24,000 bases of DNA from Nevskiaceae bacterium (lineage in GTDB: Bacteria; Patescibacteriota; Saccharimonadia; Saccharimonadales; UBA4665). Location of the stretch: contig DATLCF010000001.1 of the NCBI GenBank assembly GCA_035526505.1, positions 133,144 to 157,143 on the forward strand. Direction: 5' to 3'. Made by a program: the position numbers and the translations under genes. Below the pieces are notes generated by a model that did not search any database, was not told the DNA's origin, and was given only the letters and a program-made list of their open reading frames with translations. Positions 1-6,543 of this stretch are shown piece after piece; the stretch's first letter is position 1; every line of letters starts with the position of its first letter.

Positions 1-22
1 TCAACGCGACGACGACCTGCTG

Positions 23-478
23 ATGGAAGAGGACGAACTGACTGCCGCCTTTTTGGGCGACGACGATCAAGCAGTTCCTGCCGATCCCGTAGCAGCAGCC
101 GGCCCGCAACAACCAGCAGTCGCTTCCGATGAGTGGGACGAGAGCGAAGACCTACCAGGCCAACTGGCCGTAGACGTATACGAGACTCGCGAAAAATTGG
201 TGGTAAAAGCGCGTACCGCAGGGGTCAACAAGGGCGACCTAGACGTTAGTATTTCTGACAACACACTGAGTATCCGTGGAACCTTGTCCGCCGGTAACGA
301 AGACGACGTCGAAAACTACTTTGTACAAGAATGCTATTGGGGGGAGTTCTCGCGTAGCATTGCATTGCCAGTCCCGGTCAAAGAAGAAGAAATCGAAGCA
401 GTCCTGAAGGATGGGGTACTAACCATCAGCTTTGCCAAGGTCAAGCAAGACACAGTCAAAAAGATTCAAGTACTGTAG
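23..478 (+). CDS. Hsp20/alpha-crystallin family small heat-shock protein. The frame stays open back to base 2, so the true start may lie upstream of the window.
   Basis: 151-aa ORF. The C-terminal ~95 aa show the alpha-crystallin domain pattern (LAVDVYETREKLVVKARTAGVNKGDLDVSISDNTLSIRG ... GEFSRSIALPVPVKEEEIEAVLKDGVLTISFAKV). Two hairpin/T-run terminators follow. Confidence 0.85.
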   Translation: MEEDELTAAFLGDDDQAVPADPVAAAGPQQPAVASDEWDESEDLPGQLAVDVYETREKLVVKARTAGVNKGDLDVSISDNTLSIRGTLSAGNEDDVENYFVQECYWGEFSRSIALPVPVKEEEIEAVLKDGVLTISFAKVKQDTVKKIQVL

Positions 479-491
479 TACTTATCTACAA

Positions 492-530
492 AAAGACACT
501 GCGCCATTTTGCCGGTGTCTTTTGTTTTTC
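492..530 (+). terminator. Rho-independent terminator downstream of hsp20
   Basis: AAAGACAC (492-499) pairs with GTGTCTTT (515-522), followed by the T-rich run TTGTTTTT. Confidence 0.6.
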
Positions 531-552
531 ATATAGCGCCGCTGGAAGGCAA

Positions 553-584
553 CAAAAAACCGCTCATATTAGAGCGGTTTTTTG
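553..584. terminator. Bidirectional rho-independent terminator between hsp20 and the pilin array
   Basis: A-run, then CCGCTC (560-565), a 6-nt loop, GAGCGG (572-577), then a T-run. It reads as a hairpin plus U-tract on both strands and lies 16 nt past the stop of the minus-strand gene 600..1019. Confidence 0.65.
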
Positions 585-599
585 CATTAATCCTAGTGT

Positions 600-1019
600 T
601 TAGGCGGTCGTTTCGACTGCTTTGTCCAGAACAAATCGGACGATAAACTGGGCAAGCGCCACAATAATCAACCCGACAACCGCAAAGATAATGGTATTCT
701 TGGCTGCCGATACGTTACCGGAGTCACCACCGGAAGTAATGTATTTAAAACCACCGTAGATGATCATAATTACGGCCACAATACCCACGATGGCCGAAAA
801 AATGTTAACGATAAATGTAATGAGCTTGGTTATGCCACTGGTGCCTGAACTTGTTTGAGCACACCCGTCGCTCGTCAACTTAAGCTCGGTACCTCCACAC
901 AAGTTACCTTGGAGTTCTGTTGCTGCGGCGAATGCCGTCACTGGTACCAGTACGGGAACCGCCACCAATCCTAAACTTACCGCGACAACTGCTAATTTTT
1001 TGCGCAATGACTGCAACAT
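600..1019 (-). CDS. T4SS pilin-like protein, VirB2/TrbC-type, paralog 1
   Basis: 139 aa. Signal peptide (KKLAVVAVSLGLVAVPVLVPVTAFA|AATE) and a two-Cys ectodomain (CGG-x9-C). Then TM1, loop GGFKYITSGGDSGNVSAAKNT, and TM2 (IIFAVVGLIIVALAQFIVRFVL). SD-like AAGGAAAG lies upstream. Confidence 0.8.
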   Translation of the reverse strand: MLQSLRKKLAVVAVSLGLVAVPVLVPVTAFAAATELQGNLCGGTELKLTSDGCAQTSSGTSGITKLITFIVNIFSAIVGIVAVIMIIYGGFKYITSGGDSGNVSAAKNTIIFAVVGLIIVALAQFIVRFVLDKAVETTA

Positions 1020-1053
1020 TTTTAACTTTCCTTTCTTAACGATACTGCTTACT

Positions 1054-1082
1054 TTTATAGCACTCTGAAACTTTATTTACAA
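1054..1082 (-). promoter_or_regulatory. Candidate sigma70-type promoter for pilin paralog 1
   Basis: On the minus strand: TTGTAA (1082-1077), 17-nt spacer, TATAAA (1059-1054), about 35 nt upstream of the ATG at 1019. Confidence 0.35.
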
Positions 1083-1113
1083 TACCTGAAATACAACGGG
1101 CGGACGTGCCGCT

Positions 1114-1563
1114 TTAGCCAGTGGCCCCTGATTTTGCCAACACAAAGCGGACAATAAACTGGGCCATAGCCACGACAACCAGCCCGACCACGGCATACAC
1201 CAATGTGTTGCGGGCAGTATGGACGGCATTGCCGTCGCCCTGGGAGGTTATGTATTTAAAGCCGGAAACAATGATCATAACAATGGCGGCTATTCCTACG
1301 ATGGCCGAAAACAGGTTAATAAGATTTTTTATCGTGGTTTGCAGCGACGATTGCCCGCCACAGCCAACCCCGCCTAATTGGCCAATGCCAGCACATGCAT
1401 CGGCATGCGAAGTACTGCTGCCAATAACTACAGGACCAGGAACATACACGGACGCAGCCGACGCCGCAGGCGTTATCCCTGCAACAAATACGCCGGCAGC
1501 CAGGGCCAGGGCAAAAAAGGTGTGTTTATTTTTTTGTACAAATTGTGCAAGCATAGAAACCAT
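1114..1563 (-). CDS. T4SS pilin-like protein, VirB2/TrbC-type, paralog 2 (alternative start at 1554)
   Basis: 149 aa. Signal peptide ending AASA|ASVY and a Cys pair (CAG-x8-C). Core is IVMIIVSGFKYITSQGDGNAVHTARNTLVYAVVGLVVVAMAQFIVRFVL, nearly identical to paralog 1. AAAGG sits better spaced for the second ATG (MLAQF). Confidence 0.8.
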   Translation of the reverse strand: MVSMLAQFVQKNKHTFFALALAAGVFVAGITPAASAASVYVPGPVVIGSSTSHADACAGIGQLGGVGCGGQSSLQTTIKNLINLFSAIVGIAAIVMIIVSGFKYITSQGDGNAVHTARNTLVYAVVGLVVVAMAQFIVRFVLAKSGATG

Positions 1564-1578
1564 ACCTTTTAATATACA

Positions 1579-1965
1579 CTATGCAATTCTATTCAGAACA
1601 AGTACGACAATTGCCTGCGACAAGGCTGTAACTGCCAAACCGATAGCCGCATATATAACACCTTGACGCCCTTTGCTAAAGTTGCCCGGGTCGCCGCTTG
1701 CCGTTATCATGCGCAAGCCGCCCACAATCACCATAATTACCGCGGCTATGCCGGTAATAACCGAGAGCACGTTCAACACAACCTTCATGGTGGCAATAAT
1801 AGGATTGGTGCTGGTTGGCCTGGCATCCCTACATACATCGGTATTGGCTGCCGCGCCGCTGCAAGTGTCGGTAAAAATGTTTACTGCCCCTGCAGTGCCG
1901 GGCAGGGCCATAACTGGGAACAACAGGGAAGCGGCCATACATAGGGCGACCAGCTTTTTACGCAT
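1579..1965 (-). CDS. T4SS pilin-like protein, VirB2/TrbC-type, paralog 3
   Basis: 128 aa. Signal peptide MRKKLVALCMAASLLFPVMALPGTAGA and a Cys pair CSG-x7-C. Core is VIMVIVGGLRMITASGDPGNFSKGRQGVIYAAIGLAV. Confidence 0.8.
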   Translation of the reverse strand: MRKKLVALCMAASLLFPVMALPGTAGAVNIFTDTCSGAAANTDVCRDARPTSTNPIIATMKVVLNVLSVITGIAAVIMVIVGGLRMITASGDPGNFSKGRQGVIYAAIGLAVTALSQAIVVLVLNRIA

Positions 1966-2294
1966 TATAATATCCCCCGAATGGCAAACGTTACGATAGC
2001 TTCGGCACTTAACGCAATTGCCAACCCGACCAGCGCATACACAATAGTTTGGCGTGCTTTGGCGATTTCCTGCGGGTCACCATCTGCCGTAATAAAGCGC
2101 AGACCAGCCAAGACAATTAAGATAACCGCCAGCACCCCAATAATCCCGAATACAAGCTGCAAAATAACCTGCAGGTTGGCTGTATTGGCACTTACTTTTG
2201 GCAACCCGGTGTCACACTGGCTGCCGCTACCACAGCGAGCCTGGGCAGTGGCAACAAGCTGCAGGGCTGTAGTGATTAGGCCGCCCGCTATCAT
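1965..2294 (-). CDS. T4SS pilin-like protein, VirB2/TrbC-type, paralog 4
   Basis: 109 aa. Short hydrophobic leader and a Cys pair CGSGSQC. Core is VILIVLAGLRFITADGDPQEIAKARQTIVYALVGLAI. Its stop overlaps the start of paralog 3 (TAATG, 1963-1967). Confidence 0.75.
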   Translation of the reverse strand: MIAGGLITTALQLVATAQARCGSGSQCDTGLPKVSANTANLQVILQLVFGIIGVLAVILIVLAGLRFITADGDPQEIAKARQTIVYALVGLAIALSAEAIVTFAIRGIL

Positions 2295-2656
2295 TTGAAT
2301 CTCCCGGCTATAAAGGCAACAACCGTGGCAGCCAATATGGCAATAACCAGGCCGATAATGGCGTTGAGTATCGTCTGGCGAGCCTTAGTGGTTGCCCCCG
2401 GATCACCCTGGCTGGAGATGAATTGAATACCGCCCCATATAACTAAAGCTACCGCAAATAGGGCAACCAGGCGGAGTAAATCTTCGATAATTGCAGCCAG
2501 GATCAGCCAAAGGTCGCTAAGGCCGGAAAGTTGGGGTGTACACAAATGGGTGTTGGGATCGGGGGTACCATTCAAGTACTTGTACCATTTTGGGAAGCCT
2601 AAAAAATCGCCGCCGGGGCACGCCGCGCCAAAGCGCGTCAAGAGTTCGGTTATCAT
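2291..2656 (-). CDS. T4SS pilin-like protein, paralog 5; atypical, with no recognisable signal peptide
   Basis: 121 aa. The N-terminus MITELLTRFGAACPGGDFLGFPKWYKYLNGTPDPNTHLC is not hydrophobic. The same core is present (ALVIWGGIQFISSQGDPGATTKARQTILNAIIGLVI). ATGA overlaps occur with both neighbours. Confidence 0.7.
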   Translation of the reverse strand: MITELLTRFGAACPGGDFLGFPKWYKYLNGTPDPNTHLCTPQLSGLSDLWLILAAIIEDLLRLVALFAVALVIWGGIQFISSQGDPGATTKARQTILNAIIGLVIAILAATVVAFIAGRFK

Positions 2657-3027
2657 GTAAAGAATCCTCCGGGGATAACAAAGTTAAGCAGTGCAAAGCC
2701 AAATATATACACTAACAAAGCAACCACGGTGTTAACAATTCTGTCAACTGCCTTAGCTGTGGCCCCGGGGTCGCCGCGCGACAGCGTGTATTGGATGCCG
2801 GCCCATATTAATGAGGCGATTATGACCAGCCCCACACCCAGCGACAGAAAACGGATGACCCCAAACAGCATATCGGTCAACGGATTGCCAGTGCCAGTAC
2901 ATCCTATATTAATACTGGTGGTTACCCGTTGATTAGCGCCACCGCACTGGGCTGCATAGACCGACAGGGGGACAACCGTAATAGCAAGCGCGACCATAGC
3001 GGACAGTATATGTAGTCGTTGTTTCAT
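2653..3027 (-). CDS. T4SS pilin-like protein, VirB2/TrbC-type, paralog 6; start trimmed to the internal ATG at 3027
   Basis: Starting at 3027 gives the canonical signal peptide MKQRLHILSAMVALAITVVPLSVYA|AQCGG. Cys pair is CGG-x12-C. Core is SLIWAGIQYTLSRGDPGATAKAVDRIVNTVVALLV. The extension to 3087 in the ORF track adds a non-signal-like 20 aa and would overlap the predicted promoter. Confidence 0.75.
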   Translation of the reverse strand: MKQRLHILSAMVALAITVVPLSVYAAQCGGANQRVTTSINIGCTGTGNPLTDMLFGVIRFLSLGVGLVIIASLIWAGIQYTLSRGDPGATAKAVDRIVNTVVALLVYIFGFALLNFVIPGGFFT

Positions 3028-3037
3028 GCTGAGTCTA

Positions 3038-3066
3038 ACTATAGTATCGATTGCACGATGCCACAA
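3038..3066 (-). promoter_or_regulatory. Candidate promoter for pilin operon paralogs 6 to 2 (possibly through paralog 1)
   Basis: On the minus strand: TTGTGG (3066-3061), 17-nt spacer, TATAGT (3043-3038). Only 10 nt separate the -10 element from the ATG at 3027. Confidence 0.35.
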
Positions 3067-3092
3067 GCTGCTCGTGCACAGCCACATTCATG

Positions 3093-3121
3093 TTGTGCCA
3101 AGTATGTAGACGCACTATACT
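3093..3121 (+). promoter_or_regulatory. Candidate promoter for the plus-strand T4SS operon
   Basis: TTGTGC (3093-3098), 17-nt spacer, TATACT (3116-3121), 25 nt upstream of the ATG at 3147. It is divergent from, and similar in sequence to, the pilin-operon promoter. Confidence 0.35.
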
Positions 3122-3146
3122 AGGATGCGTAAGCTAGACGTTTTAT

Positions 3147-4499
3147 ATGGTAATAAAAAGACTCTCGCAAAAGCACCGTACACGTATATTTACGCTTCTG
3201 TTTGGTGCGTTGCTTGTTTTCCCCTTGGCCGCTGGCACTCAAAAAGCCCTTGCAGCCGTGCCCGGCGTTACAAGTTTGTCGCGCTCCGATGCCAATACCA
3301 TCGGCGTAACCACAAGTGTTAATAATGTACCGGCGCCAGGCAATGTTTTAAAGGCTAGCGACGGTAAATCATTTAGTGGCAATATTGTGGTATTTCGTGA
3401 ACCTCTTTCGGTTACCGAATCGTTTTGTTTTGTACCAGTAAAGGCAGCACTTACCGAATCGACTAACCTGGCCGGTCAAAAATCACTGAGCGCCAAACTA
3501 ACGGCGGATACCGCGTCTGCCACTACAACCATACAAGGACCGCCCAGCAATACGGGCGTAGGCTTTGTTATTGTAAACAAATGTTCCGGTGCCCAAATAA
3601 ATCAATACAACAACCAGACAGTGAATGTGCTTGATGCCTGTCTGAATGGTTGTGTGGGCGGCGGCACAAGCGACAGGGAAGGCGACGAGCACGAAACCAA
3701 TCCCACCTGCGAAACGTCGCCGGGCGCCGGCCCGCTCAGCTGGATTTTGTGCGGGATCTACAATACTGTTGCCGATTCTACCGACTGGATCTATAGCAAC
3801 GGCATCCAACCCTTGCTGCGCATGAAGCCCATCCCCATCAGTGATACCGGCAGCAACAAAGTGGTGTTCGAGCTATGGTCCGCCTTCCGCCTATATGGCG
3901 ATATCTTTTTGGTCATTGCCCTGCTGGTTATTGTGTTCGGCCAAGCCATTGGCGGCGGGGTGGTGGAAGCCTATACCGCGCGCAAGGCCTTGCCCCGTTT
4001 ACTCATGGCAGCCATTCTTATTAACATATCTATCTATATTGTAGCGTTTGCCGTGGATGCCACTAACGTTGTTGGCGGCGGCTTGGGACAAATAATGACC
4101 GCACCCCTTACCGATACGGGCAAATTTAATATCCGGCTCGATCTTAGCGAACAGGCCACCTCGCTGGGTGTAGGTGGCGCGGCCCTTATCGGTGCCGGAC
4201 TGGCGGGTGTTATATCATTAGGTAGCTTGGCTTCCGCACTGCCGTTCCTACTACTGTTTGCGGTATTGCCGTTATTCCTGGGGTTACTGGCCATACTTAT
4301 TACCCTGATCGTGCGCCAAGCATTAATTATTTTGCTGGTTATTGTATCGCCCGTGGCCTTTGCCCTGTGGTGTTTACCTAATACCGAAAAATACTTTGGC
4401 CAATGGTGGGAGCTATTATTTCGGGCCTTACTGATATATCCTATGATTGTAGCCTTGTTCGCTATTGCAGATTTAATGTCGGTAATTTTTGGGAGCTAA
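3147..4499 (+). CDS. VirB6/TrbL-like polytopic T4SS membrane protein with an N-terminal Cys-rich extracytoplasmic domain
   Basis: 450 aa. Signal peptide (RIFTLLFGALLVFPLAAGTQKALA), then a ~200-aa hydrophilic Cys-containing region, then about six TM helices. The segment SPVAFALWCLPNTEKYFGQWWELLFRALLIYP resembles the conserved VirB6/TrbL core. Confidence 0.65.
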   Translation: MVIKRLSQKHRTRIFTLLFGALLVFPLAAGTQKALAAVPGVTSLSRSDANTIGVTTSVNNVPAPGNVLKASDGKSFSGNIVVFREPLSVTESFCFVPVKAALTESTNLAGQKSLSAKLTADTASATTTIQGPPSNTGVGFVIVNKCSGAQINQYNNQTVNVLDACLNGCVGGGTSDREGDEHETNPTCETSPGAGPLSWILCGIYNTVADSTDWIYSNGIQPLLRMKPIPISDTGSNKVVFELWSAFRLYGDIFLVIALLVIVFGQAIGGGVVEAYTARKALPRLLMAAILINISIYIVAFAVDATNVVGGGLGQIMTAPLTDTGKFNIRLDLSEQATSLGVGGAALIGAGLAGVISLGSLASALPFLLLFAVLPLFLGLLAILITLIVRQALIILLVIVSPVAFALWCLPNTEKYFGQWWELLFRALLIYPMIVALFAIADLMSVIFGS

Positions 4500-4503
4500 T
4501 GCT

Positions 4504-5724
4504 ATGGCATTGTGGGAAAACTTAGAACCAGTACTTGAGCTTGCAGCCCCTGGGTTTGTATTGCTGTACGGTACTAAATATGCCATCGAAAGAGCCCGCG
4601 GACCGTTAGGCTTTACCTTTGGAAAAACAAGTGAAGTGGGCGAACGGGGACGCAAATTGGCCATGGGCTCGGAACATGACCCCAAAAGCTGGCAAAACAT
4701 GGCCCGTACGAACTTCCGGCGCGGCCGGTTGCGCAGGCGCGAGGCGGTCATTGGCACCATGAATAAACGAGAGCTAGAAATTGGTAAAGGCCAGGAGGGC
4801 AAACTAAGCCTTAAGCAAAGGGCCCAGCGCAGGGTATACTCCACTGCCGCGCGCGCCGTGGGGTACGGGGACTACGAAGGCGCCATATCGGAAGCCAACA
4901 AATCCGAGGCCGAACGTATTGCCACCCACCAAACCTATGGCCCGGACAGCACGGTTCGCGCCCAATGGGCCTACGAAAAAGACGGGCGTTACTATAACTA
5001 TGCCACAGGCCAAGAAATGGCCACGGCAGATGTCAAGATGGCCCGCCGCGTATCTGGTAAAAACCTGTCCGCCCTGCAAGAATCTTTGTCATACGAAATG
5101 ACCAAGGCCGACAACGACGAAACATACGGCAAGCTTATGTCCCGGTACATGGACCGCGCCCAAGAACTTGGCTTATCCGAAGACGAAGCGAATGGCGTAT
5201 GGATTGGTCCAGCCTTTAAAAACAAAACGATGCGCCTGGAACAAAAAGCCCGCAAATTCAAAAAAGGTGCCGATGGCAAGTTCTATGACGCTGGCATTAA
5301 TTACGATTCGTTCTCGTCCGAAGCAGCTAATAAGTTCAAACAATACGACTACAGCGGCATTCAATCTTCTACCTTCGGAGCCATGGGGGATGACATTAAA
5401 GTACTTGCCCAAAAGAACCCTGCGCAGCTGAACGCCAAAGAACTTACCAGAATGCAGCACTACTACCATGCCCTAACAAACCTGGAAGCCCCGACCATGA
5501 TGCCTGGCGGCGATGGCGGTACGCCCGGCGGTGTGCCGGCTGGTGCGCGAGCTGCAAGCTTTGGGGGTAGCGGTGTAAGCAGTGCCCAGGCCAAAGAAGC
5601 TATGTCACTTATTAAGGACGCCGCCCAATACGACAGCCGCATTACACAGTTGCCTTCGTATGCCGGTATGAGCGGCCCTGTAGCTTACCAGGAAGCTCGC
5701 AGCGACTACGGTAAAGCGGCCTAG
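4504..5724 (+). CDS. Hypothetical hydrophilic, basic protein coupled to the VirB6-like gene (T4SS-associated, no family recognised)
   Basis: GGGAG (4491-4495) lies 8 nt before the ATG at 4504. The ORF-track start at 4489 is a TTG inside the upstream gene. No TM segments; charged/helical composition with a G/P-rich stretch near the C-terminus. Confidence 0.55.
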   Translation: MALWENLEPVLELAAPGFVLLYGTKYAIERARGPLGFTFGKTSEVGERGRKLAMGSEHDPKSWQNMARTNFRRGRLRRREAVIGTMNKRELEIGKGQEGKLSLKQRAQRRVYSTAARAVGYGDYEGAISEANKSEAERIATHQTYGPDSTVRAQWAYEKDGRYYNYATGQEMATADVKMARRVSGKNLSALQESLSYEMTKADNDETYGKLMSRYMDRAQELGLSEDEANGVWIGPAFKNKTMRLEQKARKFKKGADGKFYDAGINYDSFSSEAANKFKQYDYSGIQSSTFGAMGDDIKVLAQKNPAQLNAKELTRMQHYYHALTNLEAPTMMPGGDGGTPGGVPAGARAASFGGSGVSSAQAKEAMSLIKDAAQYDSRITQLPSYAGMSGPVAYQEARSDYGKAA

Positions 5725-5736
5725 CCTATACGCTAT

Positions 5737-5765
5737 TTGACACTGACAAAAAATTTGGCTATAAG
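5737..5765 (+). promoter_or_regulatory. Candidate internal promoter with consensus -35
   Basis: TTGACA (5737-5742), 17-nt spacer, TATAAG (5760-5765), with the ATG at 5773 exactly 7 nt after the -10 element (leaderless geometry). Confidence 0.4.
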
Positions 5766-5772
5766 AATCTGT

Positions 5773-6480
5773 ATGGTTGATCCCGGTCTATTTTTGGTCC
5801 AAAGAAGTCATGAGCTTGCAGCAGAAGCACACCGACGCGCCCATATCCCGGTCCTGCCGGCAGCGCAGGCAATAGCCGAGCGTGAGGACAATATACTCAA
5901 ACTTACCGCATATATTGCCGAACAGTTGCGGAAAAAGCGCATAGATCCCGGCATAGTAGTGCACACCCAGGTGCGGTACGAGCACATGTCGGCAACAGGC
6001 ATCACGGAAGCGACAGCTATGATACATGATGAAAAGCCTGGCGATGCGGTAATTGGTAGTGCATGGGAAATAGCGCGCATAGGTGATTCGGCACCGGGCC
6101 AAAGCCCTTACCGCAGGCCCCCTTTGTTACAGCGCGGCATTGGCATTTTAGCAACCGCCGGAGCCGAAGATCTTGTACGCTATAAACGGGCGCGTAACGG
6201 TACGTATTATATAAGTGACGAGGATGGCAGTCCGGATGGCAGGTTCGACCCCGACCGGGCCCAAGGGCCGACATGCATCGATACAGAGCTCCCGGACCGA
6301 AAAAACCCCGAGCTCGTAACGCAGGCCCACCAGGAACTGGGGCTTGTCATACCACCTACTGATTCAGAAAGTGCGCTGGGTATATTCCGACGGTTTTCTA
6401 AAGTCTTAACGATAGAAAACTTGCTTACAGAATACGCCGGTCGCATGGGACTTATACCAAACGATCAAACCCAGGCCTAA
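5773..6480 (+). CDS. Hypothetical soluble protein (T4SS-locus orphan); start placed at the first ATG
   Basis: The ORF is open from 5737 (TTG), and that TTG is part of the TTGACA promoter-like hexamer. First ATG is at 5773. 235 aa with no TM, signal or nucleotide-binding motif recognised. Confidence 0.5.
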   Translation: MVDPGLFLVQRSHELAAEAHRRAHIPVLPAAQAIAEREDNILKLTAYIAEQLRKKRIDPGIVVHTQVRYEHMSATGITEATAMIHDEKPGDAVIGSAWEIARIGDSAPGQSPYRRPPLLQRGIGILATAGAEDLVRYKRARNGTYYISDEDGSPDGRFDPDRAQGPTCIDTELPDRKNPELVTQAHQELGLVIPPTDSESALGIFRRFSKVLTIENLLTEYAGRMGLIPNDQTQA

Positions 6481-6543
6481 ATTAGGGACTAAACGCGTGC
6501 TTGGTATTCAGCACGCACGCCTATTCGGGTATACTAAAATCAG

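Noticed and set aside
23-478. Hsp20 as a component or chaperone of the T4SS locus
   Set aside because: It is separated from the pilin array by two terminators and transcribed convergently. It is more likely an ordinary stress gene that is merely adjacent.
1121-1666. 181-aa plus-strand ORF, and other long ORFs antisense to the pilin genes (1378..1572, 1663..1944, 1673..1999, 1981..2298)
   Set aside because: They lie entirely antisense to ORFs with clear signal-peptide/two-TM pilin architecture and show low-complexity, Thr/Ala/Pro/Arg-rich shadow-frame composition. There are no start-site signals.
3028-3087. Longer start (3087) for pilin paralog 6, GTG start (19797) for dnaA, TTG starts at 4489 and 5737, and the 19987 start for rpmH
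   Set aside because: The internal ATGs give canonical N-termini (a signal peptide, MQHSLW for DnaA, MPKRTYQP for L34). They are preceded by SD-like or promoter-like signals. The extensions overlap upstream genes or promoters.
6491-6520. Hairpin GCGTGCT-TGGTATTC-AGCACGC after the 5773..6480 gene as an intrinsic terminator
   Set aside because: The 7-bp stem is perfect, but it is not followed by a T-run. It may be a weak terminator or attenuator, or incidental, so it is not called as a feature.
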